From: Nemertoderma westbladi
Lineage: Eukaryota > Animalia > Xenacoelomorpha
Direction of reading: 5' to 3'
Length of the DNA stretch: 64,000 nucleotides
Assembly: GCA_032718475.1 (NCBI GenBank)
Contig: JAUCBJ010001846.1
Location: 372,001 to 436,000, forward strand
A program made the position numbers and the translations under genes. The notes under the pieces are model-generated. The model saw only the letters and a list, made by a program, of their open reading frames with translations. It did no database searches and had not been told where the DNA came from. Below are positions 20,045 through 31,680 of this stretch, piece by piece. How positions within the stretch are numbered: the stretch's first letter is position 1; each line of letters opens with the position of its first letter.

Positions 20045-22479
20045 GTGTTTTCGATGAGAAATTTGATTAATGGTTTATTAGCTTGCCGCCCGTTTGCAAG
20101 ATGGGTATTTTTTCTATTATTTTCTAGTCCTATATTAGCTGTATTACCTCAACCCCCTGCGTCCATTACAGCTGCTATTTCACAGAGTCAGAAACTGTAT
20201 GGATTTGACCAAAACGATCCACAGATTGGTCAATTAATGCAAGCTGATGGGGTTCCAATGGTCATGTTTGATTCAGCGATATATCAGGATTTAGATGAAG
20301 TTTTTCAGTATTTCAGTTTAATGTATGGCTTTACTATGAACGAAGATAATTTTAGTGCAAATAGTGTTTCGGACTTTCAGAAGTATCTTATTAAAGACGC
20401 TAGTATATCAAAATTGAACATTGCCCAACATAACAGTAATCCAATGGAATCAATGGTTTTTATGGGGCATGCTAAACAAGTGGCTCAATTCATTGAAAAT
20501 AAAGATGTAGGGTATGCACAAAATGCAGACTTACACCATTATCCAATGCAACTTATATTTCCTATCCAACCTAGGGACAATAGGGACAATGAGTCTCTTC
20601 AAATAAAAGATACAGTTATTAGTGTTGAAAGCTCAGATAAAATAAGAGATATTTTCTATGAAAAAGCACTAAAAACCGCATTGGTGATGAATAATAGTTG
20701 GGGCATGCCTTTAGAGGGAAAATTGTCAGATATTGAATCGCCGCCTACAAACAGCTTTATTGGGATCATGAAAGAAGAATTCAAACAGTTTGCCAAACAT
20801 GGAGTAATTGTTCAAGCATTACCTAACAATGTTGCAGAAAAAATTTTCTGATGGTTCCCCTTGCTTTAGGTCAAGTGGACTTAACGATTAGAAATAGCAT
20901 GCTCACCGTTGCCAATGTTGATTTAAGTAATAAAAGTACAAAAATAGAGGGCACGTCTTGTGAGAAAAGTCAACTTTATTGTGTCGTGATGGATGGGGTA
21001 GACTTATATGCTCGTTCTTTGGGTGACTTGAGTCAATTTGAGTTAGTAAGTGGTAACTCCTTCAGCGCACCCAGACTCTCAGCCATGGTTGCTATATTAG
21101 CTAAAAACTTCCCCACCTTATCCCCCAATCAATGGCGAGATAGAATACTGGCCACCGCTCAGACCAATTTGCTTGCAGAATTTAACCAAAGCCTTACAGG
21201 CAAAAAAACCTTCAATGGCTTTGGTCGTATTCAAAAATCATACAGCGCTTTATATGGCTTTGGCGTGCCTAATATTAAAAAGGCTTTATTGCCCGTTGGG
21301 CAGTTAGGTTTTGTTCAAAACCTTAACAATATCAATGATTTTAATTTAAGTTTAGGTACTCGAATAATAGCTAACTGGGTATTAGCGGCAGCAAGTTTCT
21401 TTAAGTATAGTCCTTATCTTTCCTTTATTTACAGGCCATTCGTCAATCATTTTAGAAGAATCCCTGTGACCCTATTTGATCAAATGGCCTTTCCCTATGA
21501 AGCAAGCATAGGAGACTTCATTTACCAAACCTTTAAAGAAACTCACCAGCTTAAAACCGCTGTTCATTACACATTCACTCGTCCTCAAGGCAGCTTTTTG
21601 ACACAACTAACCACTTCTAATGATTCAACCCTTTCAGGTTTAGGGTATGTGGGTAATAATTACCAAGTGTTTTTAACCGATCAAGAAGCGGCGTACCAAA
21701 CTAATTTTAGCTCATCGTATCATCTGTTTGGTAATCAGCGAGCCAAAGAGATCACCCCGTTCTTTTTGCAGTCTGATGCACAAAGTGTTTTGCCAAATAG
21801 TTTAGCTTTTAGCACAAATTTGGGTGATCACAATACCTTTAATATGCTTGCAATGACGCAAAATACGCAAACTAACATTGGAGATGAATATGCCTTGATG
21901 CTGGGTTTAAGTGGGCAAGCAGGAGAGATTGCCTATAATGTTCATGTGGGTCAACACAAAGAAGGTGAAAAACTACTAAAATCAGAATTTAGCGGAGCAT
22001 TTGCGTTGGACGATCAACAATACATGCAATATTATGGGGGTAATTTTTCAGCCAAATTAAGTGATAACTTACAACTAATGGGTGGAGTCAATTTTGGCTC
22101 ACTCAAGCGGCAAAATTTGGATGCTAGAATGTTTAATTTTGATCAAGTTAAAACATCTGAATGGCAGCTTTTTTTACAAAGTAACCTAACAGATCATGAT
22201 CAAATCTACATCGGCGTTGAACAGCCCATTCGTTTTGATAAAATGAAAGGTCAGTTGGTAGTAGCAAGCGGCATTGATCAAAAAGGCACTATTAGCTATA
22301 ACAACCATCAATTTGATATGAGTACCCCAGCCAGACAGGTAGATATTGTAGCAGGACTTAATCAGTCATTGAATCAAGCAGTGAGTTTACGGGGTGAGGT
22401 TAAATATTCTATAGAGTATGATAACCAGGTTGGTCAACAGGATATTACATTGGGTTTTGGTTTGAATGGGCGTTTTTAG
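20045..22479 (+). pseudogene. Subtilase (S8) with C-terminal beta-barrel-like domain, split into two ORFs (20045-20851, 20851-22479)
   Basis: Asp (MFDSAI), His (GHAKQVA) and NNSWG in ORF1; Ser (GNSFSAP) and YGFG in ORF2; alternating beta strands ending in Phe; one extra base at A6 20838-20843 would fuse them. Confidence 0.7.
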
Positions 22480-22614
22480 GTATCATTTAACACTATACTA
22501 GTATTTTTATGTAGTTAAGCGATATAAATTGGTATTTGTTTTGAGGTGGTTAAATGTATTGTTAAGCTATGGCATAGGCTCATATTAAACCGTTGATGGT
22601 GACGTAAAAAATTA

Positions 22615-23031
22615 ATGAAAATATCAGTTGCCTGGGTAGGCCAGCTTAAACAAATTGTAACCAATGATTTGGGGAATCAAGTGCCTCTTGATGGGCCTGT
22701 TGAGTTGGGTGGTCAAAATACAGGCATGCGACCCATGCAGCTATTGTTGGCTGGTTTAGGGGGATGTGCCAACATTGAGGTGGTTCAAATACTCAAAAAA
22801 ATGCGACTGGATGTTAAAAGTTGTCAAGTGGATGTTCAAGGAAAAAGGCATGACCAAGCTCCCCATGTTTTTACTAATATTCATTTAACATTTAAGGTCG
22901 CTGGCACTGACTTGAAACCAAAAAACGCTGAAAAAGCCATTAATTTAACGCTGGATAAATATTGTTCGGCGGCTAGTATGCTTTCCAAAACGGCTACTAT
23001 TTCTTTTGAGTGTGTGATTGAAACAACTTAA
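22615..23031 (+). CDS. OsmC/YhfA family protein
   Basis: RPMQLLLAGLGGC...KYCSA two-Cys motif. Confidence 0.9.
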   Translation: MKISVAWVGQLKQIVTNDLGNQVPLDGPVELGGQNTGMRPMQLLLAGLGGCANIEVVQILKKMRLDVKSCQVDVQGKRHDQAPHVFTNIHLTFKVAGTDLKPKNAEKAINLTLDKYCSAASMLSKTATISFECVIETT

Positions 23032-23317
23032 TCTACTTGTAAGCTGTTTATTGAAATGCATGCATTTTAAATAATGTAACTGTGTTAAGGGTTTGTTAAA
23101 GAAATCACTGTTATTTGTTTAGTTTTAAAAAACACCTAAAATAAAAAATTTGATAGCGTCAGGGAACTTTCTCAATTGAAATGGTTTAAAGCTGCCTCAC
23201 TATGGTTTAATTAGCAAGTGTTTTTAACATAAAGTAAAAGCACGCTAAACCCATTTAAGCACAGTTTTTTGCCTATAGACCATCATGAGTGTTGGGTCAA
23301 TCTTAAGCTTTAATCGG

Positions 23318-23343
23318 TGGTGGCCGGAGGCAGAATTGAACTG

Positions 23344-23388
<45 letters not shown>

Positions 23389-23393
23389 CGGCC
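23318..23393 (-). tRNA. tRNA-Phe(GAA)
   Basis: Reverse complement GGCCGGATAGCTCAGTTGGTAGAGCAGAGGACTGAAAATCCTTGTGTCGGCAGTTCAATTCTGCCTCCGGCCACCA; 76 nt cloverleaf with encoded CCA. Confidence 0.98.
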
Positions 23394-23446
23394 AATACAG
23401 ATAAGAAGACTAAATGCTAGAATTTTTAAGTCACTGTGTCAATCGC

Positions 23447-24193
23447 TTATTGCTGTAGATGCCTGCCCCCATCAATGCGAATAATTTCACCTGTAATGTA
23501 GCGTTGTGTTGCTAAAAATGTGACAGTATTTGCAATATCTGTTGGGTTACCCGCTCGCTTTAGAGCAGTTCGATTAATTAAATTCTTTTTTAAATCCTCA
23601 CAAGCTGCTTCATTATCTGCCCACAGGATAATACCGGGGGAAATGCCATTCACCCGAACCCAAGGCCCCATCTCTTTGGCAAGTGATTGTGTCAACATTT
23701 TAAGCCCCGCTTTGGCCGTGGTATAAAGGGAATAATTTTTCAAAGGCCTGTCGGCATGCACATCAATGATGTTAATAATTTGACCATGTTGTTTTTTAAG
23801 GTGGGGGGAAGCATGTTGTGATAAAAAAAAAGGGACTTTTACATTCATTGTCATTAAATCATCCCACTGAGCGCTTGTTACCGTCTCAACCGGGGTGGGG
23901 TAAAAGGTTGAGGCATTATTAATGAGCAAATCAAGCCGACCCCAACAATCACTTGCATTTTCAACCAACGTGGGCAGTGCGTTGGTGTTGGTTAAATCAC
24001 ACTTGAATATTTGAGCGCTATCTTTAACAATTTGATTCAGTTCACTTTTCAATTGACAAGCCTCATTGTTCGATTGATGATAATGAATCACCACATTAAA
24101 GCCATGTTGGTGCAAGGCGCTTACAATATGTTTCCCAATTCGTTTAGCGCCCCCTGTCACCAAAACAACCGGTCTATTTTTGATGTCTGTCAC
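23447..24193 (-). CDS. folM: Pteridine reductase (SDR, FolM/PTR1-like)
   Basis: TGGAKRIG, NNAS.F, YTTAK, RVNGISPG, DGGRHL. Confidence 0.85.
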   Translation of the reverse strand: MTDIKNRPVVLVTGGAKRIGKHIVSALHQHGFNVVIHYHQSNNEACQLKSELNQIVKDSAQIFKCDLTNTNALPTLVENASDCWGRLDLLINNASTFYPTPVETVTSAQWDDLMTMNVKVPFFLSQHASPHLKKQHGQIINIIDVHADRPLKNYSLYTTAKAGLKMLTQSLAKEMGPWVRVNGISPGIILWADNEAACEDLKKNLINRTALKRAGNPTDIANTVTFLATQRYITGEIIRIDGGRHLQQ

Positions 24194-25235
24194 TGAAAAA
24201 ATTTATCAACTCATTAAAAAAAATCATTATATAAGGTTTAACGATTTCATGGCGATTACCCAGCAAGGAAGTAACGGGTATTACGCCCAGTCAAACCCTG
24301 TTGGAAAAGCGGGTGATTTTATCACCGCTACCAACTTTGGGCCGCTTTTGCCCTACGCACTTGCCTATAACATCACCCAACATTATGCGCAAACAGACTA
24401 TGATGTAATGGAAGTGGGCGCAGGGAGTGGCAAAATGGCCATTGATTTTTTGAAAGCATCTATTGCCCTAAGCCATCCGCCTAAGCGTTACATCATTGAT
24501 GAGCCCAGCCCCACACTGAAAAAGGTACAAAAAAAACGACTACAAAACACCCTGCCTGAATTTTTTAACCAAATCACTTGGTTGGGAGATGACCAGTTAG
24601 TTGAATCATTCAGCGGTGCTGTTATTGCCAATGAAGTGCTAGATTGTTTGGCATTTCATCGTGTTAAAAAAAAACAAGACAGGTGGCATGAGCAGGTAAT
24701 CACCCTTACCCAATCAAAATTGGTTTGGGAAACTATTGCGCTTGACCCAACACTTACCCAATACATCAACCAATATATGCCTGATGATTTACCCAACAAT
24801 TATCACACTGAAATTTGTTTAAATTATCAACTGTGGCTTGAGAACTTGAAAAAAAAAATCAAGTGCGCCACCCTTTTTTTAATTGATTATGGGTACGAAA
24901 CAGACGAATATTTTCATTCCCAGCGCCACATGGGAACCCTTTGTTGTTTCTATCAGCATCAAAAACACCAAAACCCACTTATCAACCTAGGTAAGCAAGA
25001 TATCACCGCACATATTCAATTTAGCGCCCTTTTAGAGGTGGCAGAAACTTTAGGCTACCGGCTTGAAAGCTACCAAACCCAAGCACAATTTGTGCTAGAA
25101 AGGGGTACGCTGGCTTACCTAGAAAGTGCCAAAAACTACCCCAAGTTATACCGCGCCCTTCAAAATAATCTGTATGCATTGACTGATCCCAACCAGATGG
25201 GTAATGTCTTTAAATGCATGACACTGTCCATTTAA
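24183..25235 (+). CDS. SAM-dependent methyltransferase, MidA/NDUFAF7 family
   Basis: GYY...GDFITA, EVGAGSG, ANEVLD, IDYG, QDITAH. Confidence 0.9.
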   Translation: MSVTEKIYQLIKKNHYIRFNDFMAITQQGSNGYYAQSNPVGKAGDFITATNFGPLLPYALAYNITQHYAQTDYDVMEVGAGSGKMAIDFLKASIALSHPPKRYIIDEPSPTLKKVQKKRLQNTLPEFFNQITWLGDDQLVESFSGAVIANEVLDCLAFHRVKKKQDRWHEQVITLTQSKLVWETIALDPTLTQYINQYMPDDLPNNYHTEICLNYQLWLENLKKKIKCATLFLIDYGYETDEYFHSQRHMGTLCCFYQHQKHQNPLINLGKQDITAHIQFSALLEVAETLGYRLESYQTQAQFVLERGTLAYLESAKNYPKLYRALQNNLYALTDPNQMGNVFKCMTLSI

Positions 25236-25248
25236 AATAAATGTAACC

Positions 25249-26055
25249 ATGATAGATGCACTGATCCTTTCAATCATTCAAGGGCTGACCGAATTTTTAC
25301 CCGTTTCAAGCTCCGCCCATTTGTTTTTATGGTCTGTATGGTTTTCGAGCGGCGATGCTAGTCTATTGATTGATGTGGGGGCACATTTAGGGGCATTACT
25401 TGCCATTGTTTTGTATCAACGCACCCTCATCATGCAAATGATCCATGCAACGTTTAGGTTCATCAGAGCGCCCAATCAAGTTGATCAACAATTGATGGAT
25501 GTGATCAAACTAATAGTAGCAACTCTACCGGTTGTGATCACAGGTGGGCTTTTTGCAAACTTTATTGTTGAGTTTCGTACCCCTGTGGTTGTGGGGGTAA
25601 GTACCCTATTTTTTGGTTTGCTGTTGGGCTTAAGTGATCAAAAAGATGAAGCGATTGACTCTGAAAATGCCCATATTCAAACCATGCGCCACGCATTTAT
25701 CCTTGGTTGTTACCAAGTATTAGCACTCATCCCTGGGGTGTCTCGCTCAGGCATTGTGGTGACAGGGGCACGGTTTTTGGGGTATTCACGTGTGCAAAGC
25801 GTTTCAATTGCCTTTTTATTGGCCATTCCAGTGCTTGTGGCAGCAAGTTTGTGGGGGGGCTGGCAGCTACTAAGCCAACCCAGTGTGATGATTGAAAAAT
25901 TTATATGGGTGGTACTTTTCTCAGCGCTATTTTCTTACCTATCCATTTGTTTTTTAATCAAATGGGTGAACCGTTTAAGCTTTATGCCCTTTGTTTATTA
26001 TCGGCTGATTTTAGGGGCACTAATTTTAGGAGTGGTGTGGCAGTTTGTGGCATAA
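25249..26055 (+). CDS. uppP: Undecaprenyl-diphosphate phosphatase
   Basis: QGLTEFLPVSSSAH, ALIPGVSRSG, FVYYR. Confidence 0.96.
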   Translation: MIDALILSIIQGLTEFLPVSSSAHLFLWSVWFSSGDASLLIDVGAHLGALLAIVLYQRTLIMQMIHATFRFIRAPNQVDQQLMDVIKLIVATLPVVITGGLFANFIVEFRTPVVVGVSTLFFGLLLGLSDQKDEAIDSENAHIQTMRHAFILGCYQVLALIPGVSRSGIVVTGARFLGYSRVQSVSIAFLLAIPVLVAASLWGGWQLLSQPSVMIEKFIWVVLFSALFSYLSICFLIKWVNRLSFMPFVYYRLILGALILGVVWQFVA

Positions 26056-26084
26056 TTGAGCGTACTTTATAAACACAAACACCC

Positions 26085-26741
26085 ATGTCAACAAACCATC
26101 CATTTTTTGAACACCTTTGGCAACACCACGTGTTATGCTTGGGGGATTTCACCTTAAAATCAGGCCGCCAAAGCCCCTATTTTTTCAATTTTGGAAAACT
26201 TGCAAGCGCAAATGGCATGAAGCAGCTAGGCCGTTTTTACGCTCAAAAAATGGTGCAAAAAAACCTTGATGTGAATGTCATATTTGGCCCAGCTTACAAG
26301 GGCATTTATTTAGCCTTGAGTACCGCCATGGCGTATGCCGAACACACCAAGCGCGATGTTGAATTTGCCACCAACCGAAAAGAGGCTAAAACCCATGGCG
26401 AAGGCGGGCAGCTGATGGGGGCAGACCTTGTGGGCAAAAAAATCATCATTGTGGACGATGTGCTCACCCAAGGCTCAGCGCTAAAAGAGGTGATGCCGAT
26501 TTTAGCAAAAATTAAAGGCATTCAAATCATCGGCATGCTCATTGCCATTGACAGGCAGGAGGTGTTGGAAGGCACCAACCAAACCGCCAAACAAATGGTT
26601 GAGTCTCGTTATAACCTCCCCCTTTATCGCATTGCCACCTTGGCTGATTTAATTAAATGGATGGGAAAGCGGGCAGATACCCAAAAACACCTTCAAGCCA
26701 TTGAGCAATATGCGGATCAATATGTGCAGTTGGGGGACTAG
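26085..26741 (+). CDS. pyrE: Orotate phosphoribosyltransferase
   Basis: FTLKSGRQSPYFFN, GPAYKGI, RKEAKTHGEGG, VDDVLT. Confidence 0.97.
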   Translation: MSTNHPFFEHLWQHHVLCLGDFTLKSGRQSPYFFNFGKLASANGMKQLGRFYAQKMVQKNLDVNVIFGPAYKGIYLALSTAMAYAEHTKRDVEFATNRKEAKTHGEGGQLMGADLVGKKIIIVDDVLTQGSALKEVMPILAKIKGIQIIGMLIAIDRQEVLEGTNQTAKQMVESRYNLPLYRIATLADLIKWMGKRADTQKHLQAIEQYADQYVQLGD

Positions 26742-27440
26742 GTGAGGGCGATTGAGGAGAAATATCAAAAAGAGATTGATGATTTGGTGAACAATGCGCC
26801 TCGCCGTGGTGATAGGGTTAGTTTAGAAGACTTATCCTGTTGGCGGAGTCGTCTAGGAAGTATGGTTGGGAATTTATATCCTGAAAATTCCCAAATATAT
26901 AAGGAATATGATGCGCTTGGGCAGGCGGTATATAAAATTCTTGAAATAAAAAACAAAAATATTCTTGAAACGGAATTGCTTAAGATAATTTCGCAATTTG
27001 TTGGCCTCAAACAAACCATTCAACATGAAATTAAAAACGGTTTGTTGACCAACGCCCAAAACCTGCTACGCGCTGACATCTTTAGCAATTTTTTAGAGCA
27101 GGCTGAGCATTTATTAAACCAAGGCTATAAAGATGCTGCCGCGGTGATCACAGGTGGCGTGTTAGAAGATACCTTAAAAAAATTATGTAGCCAACAAAAC
27201 ATTACCACTCAAAAAGGTGAAAAAAATGAAAAAGGTGAGGTGTTAAAAAAGAATTTACCCCTTAGTGAAATGAATCATGCTTTAGAAAAAAAAGGGCAAT
27301 ACAACGCTCTAATCAAAAAAAAAATTGAAAGCTGGGGCGATCTTCGAAACAACGCCGCCCATGGCAAGTATGACCAGTACACAAAAGATCAGGTCAAATC
27401 AATGTTAGCGTTTGTACAAGATTTTGTGGCCAACACCTAA
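26742..27440 (+). CDS. HEPN (DUF4145-like) domain protein
   Basis: FLEQAEHLL...[12 protein letters not shown]...LRNNAAHG (RxxxxH) motif. Confidence 0.75.
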   Translation: MRAIEEKYQKEIDDLVNNAPRRGDRVSLEDLSCWRSRLGSMVGNLYPENSQIYKEYDALGQAVYKILEIKNKNILETELLKIISQFVGLKQTIQHEIKNGLLTNAQNLLRADIFSNFLEQAEHLLNQGYKDAAAVITGGVLEDTLKKLCSQQNITTQKGEKNEKGEVLKKNLPLSEMNHALEKKGQYNALIKKKIESWGDLRNNAAHGKYDQYTKDQVKSMLAFVQDFVANT

Positions 27441-27441
27441 C

Positions 27442-30400
27442 ATGAATATCTTTAAAACCCTACACACCCATCTACAAAAAAGAATTCTATTTTTAGATGG
27501 TGCCATGGGAAGCGTCATCCAAACTCACAAACTATCAGAGGCTGACTACCGCGGCAAACAATTTGCAAACTGGGAAAGCCCACTTCAAGGCAATAATGAT
27601 CTTTTAGTGCTAACCCAACCCGACATTATTCAAAACATTCACCGCGACTACCTAAAATCAGGCTGTGATTTGATCGAAACCAACACCTTCAATGCCAACC
27701 GCATTGCAATGAGCGATTACAACATGGCTCATTTGGCGTATGACATTAACTTTAAAGCTGCCAAGCTACTTAAAGAACTCACACTTGAATTTAGCACTGA
27801 AAAAAAACCCCGCTTTGCCGTGGGGGTGCTTGGGCCAACAAATAAAACCGCCTCTATCTCGCCGGATGTCAATCAACCCAGTTTCAGAGACATTACCTTC
27901 AACCAATTGGTTGAAAGCTACACCGAGGCGATTAAGGGCTTGGTTAAAGGCGGGGTGGATATTTTAATGGTTGAAACCATCTTTGACTGCTTAAACGCCA
28001 AAGCCGCTTGTTTTGCGATTCGTCATTTTTTTAAAAACAACCCCCAACACGTGATGCCTGTGATGATATCGGGCACCATAACAGACCAAAGTGGGCGCAC
28101 ACTTTCTGGCCAAACGACTGAAGCCTTCTACCACACCTTTGATTTTATGAAGCCTTTAAGTATTGGTTTTAACTGCGCCTTGGGGGCGGATATGCTCTTT
28201 AGCTATGTTGAAACACTCAGTAACGTAAGCACAACCTTTGTCAGCGCCCATCCCAATGCGGGGCTACCCAATGAGCTAGGCGGGTATGATCAAACCCCTA
28301 ATGAGATGGGAGAACTAGCTGGGATGTATGTAGAAGCAGGAGTGGTTAACATTATTGGTGGGTGTTGTGGTTCCACACCTGATCATCTAGCAGCGATGAT
28401 TGAGACAATCGAACCACTTGATCAAATTAGAAAGCCCCAAAAACCAAGCCAAACGTTTTGTTTAACAGGGCTTGAGGCATTGGTATTTCATAAAGATTTA
28501 GGTTTTGTGAATGTGGGGGAGCGCACCAATGTAACCGGCTCTGCTAAATTTCGAGACCTAATTAAAGCAGAAGAGCTGGAAAAAGCAGTATCAGTTGCCA
28601 AAGAACAAGTGGAAAACGGGGCACAAATAATTGACATCAACATGGATGAAGGGTTGATTGACTCTAAATCAATGATGCGTGACTTTGTTAATTTAATTAG
28701 CACCGAGCCTGATATTGCCAAAGTCCCTTTGATGATTGATTCCTCCAAATGGGAAGTGATTGAGCAAGGCCTACAGTGCGCCCAAGGTAAATGCGTGGTG
28801 AATTCCATTAGCTTAAAAGAAGGCAAGGCCCAATTTTTTACACAAGCCAATCTAGCCCTAGATTATGGCGCGGCTGTGGTGGTGATGGCCTTTGATGAAA
28901 AGGGGCAGGCCGACGACTACAAAAGAAGGATTGAAATTTGCAAACGCGCCTACAACCTGCTAACTGAAAAGATAGGCTTTTTGCCCCACAACATTATTTT
29001 TGACCCCAACATATTCGCTGTGGCCACCGGCATTGAAGCACACAACGCTTACGGCATTGATTTTTTAAACGCTGTTGAGTGGATTAAAAAAAACCTAAAA
29101 GGGGTGAGTATATCGGGTGGGGTATCGAATGTGTCGTTTTCATTTCGGGGGAACAATTATGTTCGGGAAGCCATCCACAGCGTGTTTTTATTCCACGCCC
29201 TAAAACGCGGCATGAACATGGGGATTGTAAATGCTGGCCAGCTTAACATTTATGACGATATTGAACCCAAGCTACGCAATGCAATTGAAGACGTTTTATT
29301 TAACCGATCAGTCGAAGCATCAGAGAACTTATTAAACGTCGCGCAAACGTATCAGTCTAAAGGCAGCCAGTTAAAAAATAACAAAGCTGATGACAGTTGG
29401 CGCCAGCTCCCCATTGAAAAACGCCTAAGCCATGCCTTGGTTAAAGGTATTAATGCCCATATTGAAACCGACACGGAGGAGGCAAGAATTGAATTAAAAG
29501 AACCCATTTTTGTGATTGAAGGGCCACTAATGGCAGGGATGAACATGGTGGGGGATTTGTTTGGTTCAGGCAAAATGTTTTTACCCCAAGTGGTTAAAAG
29601 TGCACGTGTGATGAAACAAGCCGTGGCCTACTTGTTACCTTTTATGGAAAAAAAAGGTCAAAAAAAACAAGCGCGTGCCAAGATATTGATGGCCACCGTC
29701 AAAGGTGATGTGCACGATATTGGCAAAAATATTGTGGGCATTGTGCTTCAATGCAACGCCTATGAAGTGATTGATTTGGGTGTAATGGTGCCTACAGAGA
29801 CCATTTTAGAACAAGCACTAAAACATCAAGTAGATGTGATCGGTTTATCGGGCTTGATTACCCCTTCATTAGATGAAATGGTGCATGTTGCCACCCAAAT
29901 GGAAAAAAAGGGATTTAAAGTGCCACTGTTAATTGGGGGGGCAACCACATCCAAATTACATACTGCTCTTAAAATTGCCCCTTGCTACAAGCACCCTGTG
30001 GTGTATGTGCCCGATGCCTCCAAAGTCATCGGTGTTACCAACCAATTGCTGAACCCAAAAACGACTAAAGCCTATGCCCAGTCCATTCAAGCAGAATATC
30101 AAACACTGGCTGAACAATTCAAAAACCGAAAACCCCTAAAGTCAGCACTTCCCTTTGAAAAGGCCAATGCCAATAAGTTTGTCATTAATTGGTCATCTCA
30201 AGATATTTTTGCACCCAAGTACCTAGGCATTCAAAAAATAGTTGGTTTTGATCTTAAAACAATTCGGCGCTACATCGACTGGGGACCTTTTTTTATTGCG
30301 TGGAACTTATCCAGTCGTTTTCCAGCCGTGCTCAGTGACCCAAAACAAGGTGAACAGGCTCAAAAATTGTATGACGATGCCAACCAAATGCTAGATGAGA

Positions 30401-31110
30401 TCATCAATGACAATATTTTAGAAGCACGCGCCGTTTTTGGCATCTTCCCTGCCAATAGTGTTGAGAACGATATATACCTTAGTCATGAAAATAATGAATA
30501 CCGCTTTCATTTTCTGCGCCAGCAAACCCAAAAACGCTCAGGCGAACCCAACCGATCATTGGTCGATTGGATTGCACCTAGTACATCAGGCTTCACTGAT
30601 TACATGGGTGCATTTGCAGTAGGTACAGGGTTTAGGCTAGATGACTACGTAAAACACTTTGAAAAAAGGCATGATGATTATTCAATTATTCTAGCCAAAG
30701 TATTGGCTGATAGATTAGCAGAAGCCTTTGCCGAGTGCCTACACCAACAGGTGCGGCAAAAATACTGGGGTTATGGAAGGGATGAAACATTAGAAAATAC
30801 CGATTTAATCAAAGAGCGCTACCAAGGTATTCGACCAGCCCCAGGGTACGGGGCGTGCCCCGATCACAGCGAAAAACAAACCTTGTGGGATTTATTAAAA
30901 GTAGATGATATTAGTTTAACGCTAACTGAGCATTTTGCCGTTTTCCCAACAGCAGCGGTGTGCGGATATTACTTTGCTCACCCCAAAGCCCGTTTTTTTG
31001 ATGTGGGTAAAATTGACCGCGATCAAGTTGCTGATTATGCTAAACGAAAAAGGTGGTCACTTGAACAAGCACAGCGTTGGATTGGTCATCATCACCTATT
31101 TGATCAGTAG
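27442..31110 (+). CDS. metH: Cobalamin-dependent methionine synthase
   Basis: [44 protein letters not shown]. Confidence 0.99.
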   Translation: MNIFKTLHTHLQKRILFLDGAMGSVIQTHKLSEADYRGKQFANWESPLQGNNDLLVLTQPDIIQNIHRDYLKSGCDLIETNTFNANRIAMSDYNMAHLAYDINFKAAKLLKELTLEFSTEKKPRFAVGVLGPTNKTASISPDVNQPSFRDITFNQLVESYTEAIKGLVKGGVDILMVETIFDCLNAKAACFAIRHFFKNNPQHVMPVMISGTITDQSGRTLSGQTTEAFYHTFDFMKPLSIGFNCALGADMLFSYVETLSNVSTTFVSAHPNAGLPNELGGYDQTPNEMGELAGMYVEAGVVNIIGGCCGSTPDHLAAMIETIEPLDQIRKPQKPSQTFCLTGLEALVFHKDLGFVNVGERTNVTGSAKFRDLIKAEELEKAVSVAKEQVENGAQIIDINMDEGLIDSKSMMRDFVNLISTEPDIAKVPLMIDSSKWEVIEQGLQCAQGKCVVNSISLKEGKAQFFTQANLALDYGAAVVVMAFDEKGQADDYKRRIEICKRAYNLLTEKIGFLPHNIIFDPNIFAVATGIEAHNAYGIDFLNAVEWIKKNLKGVSISGGVSNVSFSFRGNNYVREAIHSVFLFHALKRGMNMGIVNAGQLNIYDDIEPKLRNAIEDVLFNRSVEASENLLNVAQTYQSKGSQLKNNKADDSWRQLPIEKRLSHALVKGINAHIETDTEEARIELKEPIFVIEGPLMAGMNMVGDLFGSGKMFLPQVVKSARVMKQAVAYLLPFMEKKGQKKQARAKILMATVKGDVHDIGKNIVGIVLQCNAYEVIDLGVMVPTETILEQALKHQVDVIGLSGLITPSLDEMVHVATQMEKKGFKVPLLIGGATTSKLHTALKIAPCYKHPVVYVPDASKVIGVTNQLLNPKTTKAYAQSIQAEYQTLAEQFKNRKPLKSALPFEKANANKFVINWSSQDIFAPKYLGIQKIVGFDLKTIRRYIDWGPFFIAWNLSSRFPAVLSDPKQGEQAQKLYDDANQMLDEIINDNILEARAVFGIFPANSVENDIYLSHENNEYRFHFLRQQTQKRSGEPNRSLVDWIAPSTSGFTDYMGAFAVGTGFRLDDYVKHFEKRHDDYSIILAKVLADRLAEAFAECLHQQVRQKYWGYGRDETLENTDLIKERYQGIRPAPGYGACPDHSEKQTLWDLLKVDDISLTLTEHFAVFPTAAVCGYYFAHPKARFFDVGKIDRDQVADYAKRKRWSLEQAQRWIGHHHLFDQ

Positions 31111-31224
31111 CCCCTTGGGCTAAAAGTCTTGAATATATATTACAGATGAAAACCCCAGATTAAACTGTATTTTAAAAGGGTAGTTTATACAATGACTTTT
31201 ATCATAAAAACTTAGGGAAACACA

Positions 31225-31549
31225 ATGGAAAAATATGCATTATTTTATCGAAACCCCACCCCACCTGAAGGGGGTGTAGACACTAATAAAATGATGGCTG
31301 ATTGGCACAAATGGGTGCTGATATGGGCGAGAATTTAGTAGACCCTGGCTGTGGTGTTGGGCCTTCTAAAACCGTGTTTGGTGATGGTCGTGTTACTGAA
31401 GGTGGGGGTACAACCCGTTGTTTGGTTATTGCATTATTCAAGCCAATGGAATAGAAAATGCCTTGGTTAAAACTAAAATACACCCCTTTTTCCTAACAGG
31501 CGGTCGCATTGAAATAGCCCCCATTTTTGGCGGTGATAAAACGGATTAA
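31225..31549 (+). pseudogene. YciI-family protein with a 1-bp frameshift near 31315 (not in ORF track)
   Basis: MEKYALFY...MADWHKW then, in the shifted frame, DMGENLVDPG..VGPSKTV...GYCIIQA...HP....GGRIEI. Confidence 0.7.
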
Positions 31550-31680
31550 GTCTCATCAATTGGTGGCCTAACGCTCTTAAAAACAGAATGTGTGATGGGT
31601 TGATTGTTTCAAATACTTGTTTGTCAAAATACTAGGCCATTAATTTATTATAAAAATGTAACGATCCAGCCTTCTCCAAA

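Noticed and set aside
23032-23317. Integrated element or sRNA at the tRNA-Phe 3' end
   Set aside because: No integrase, no duplicated tRNA end and no convincing structure seen.
1633-30622. Many short alternative-frame and antisense ORFs inside housekeeping genes
   Set aside because: No RBS or recognisable motifs; typical shadow ORFs.
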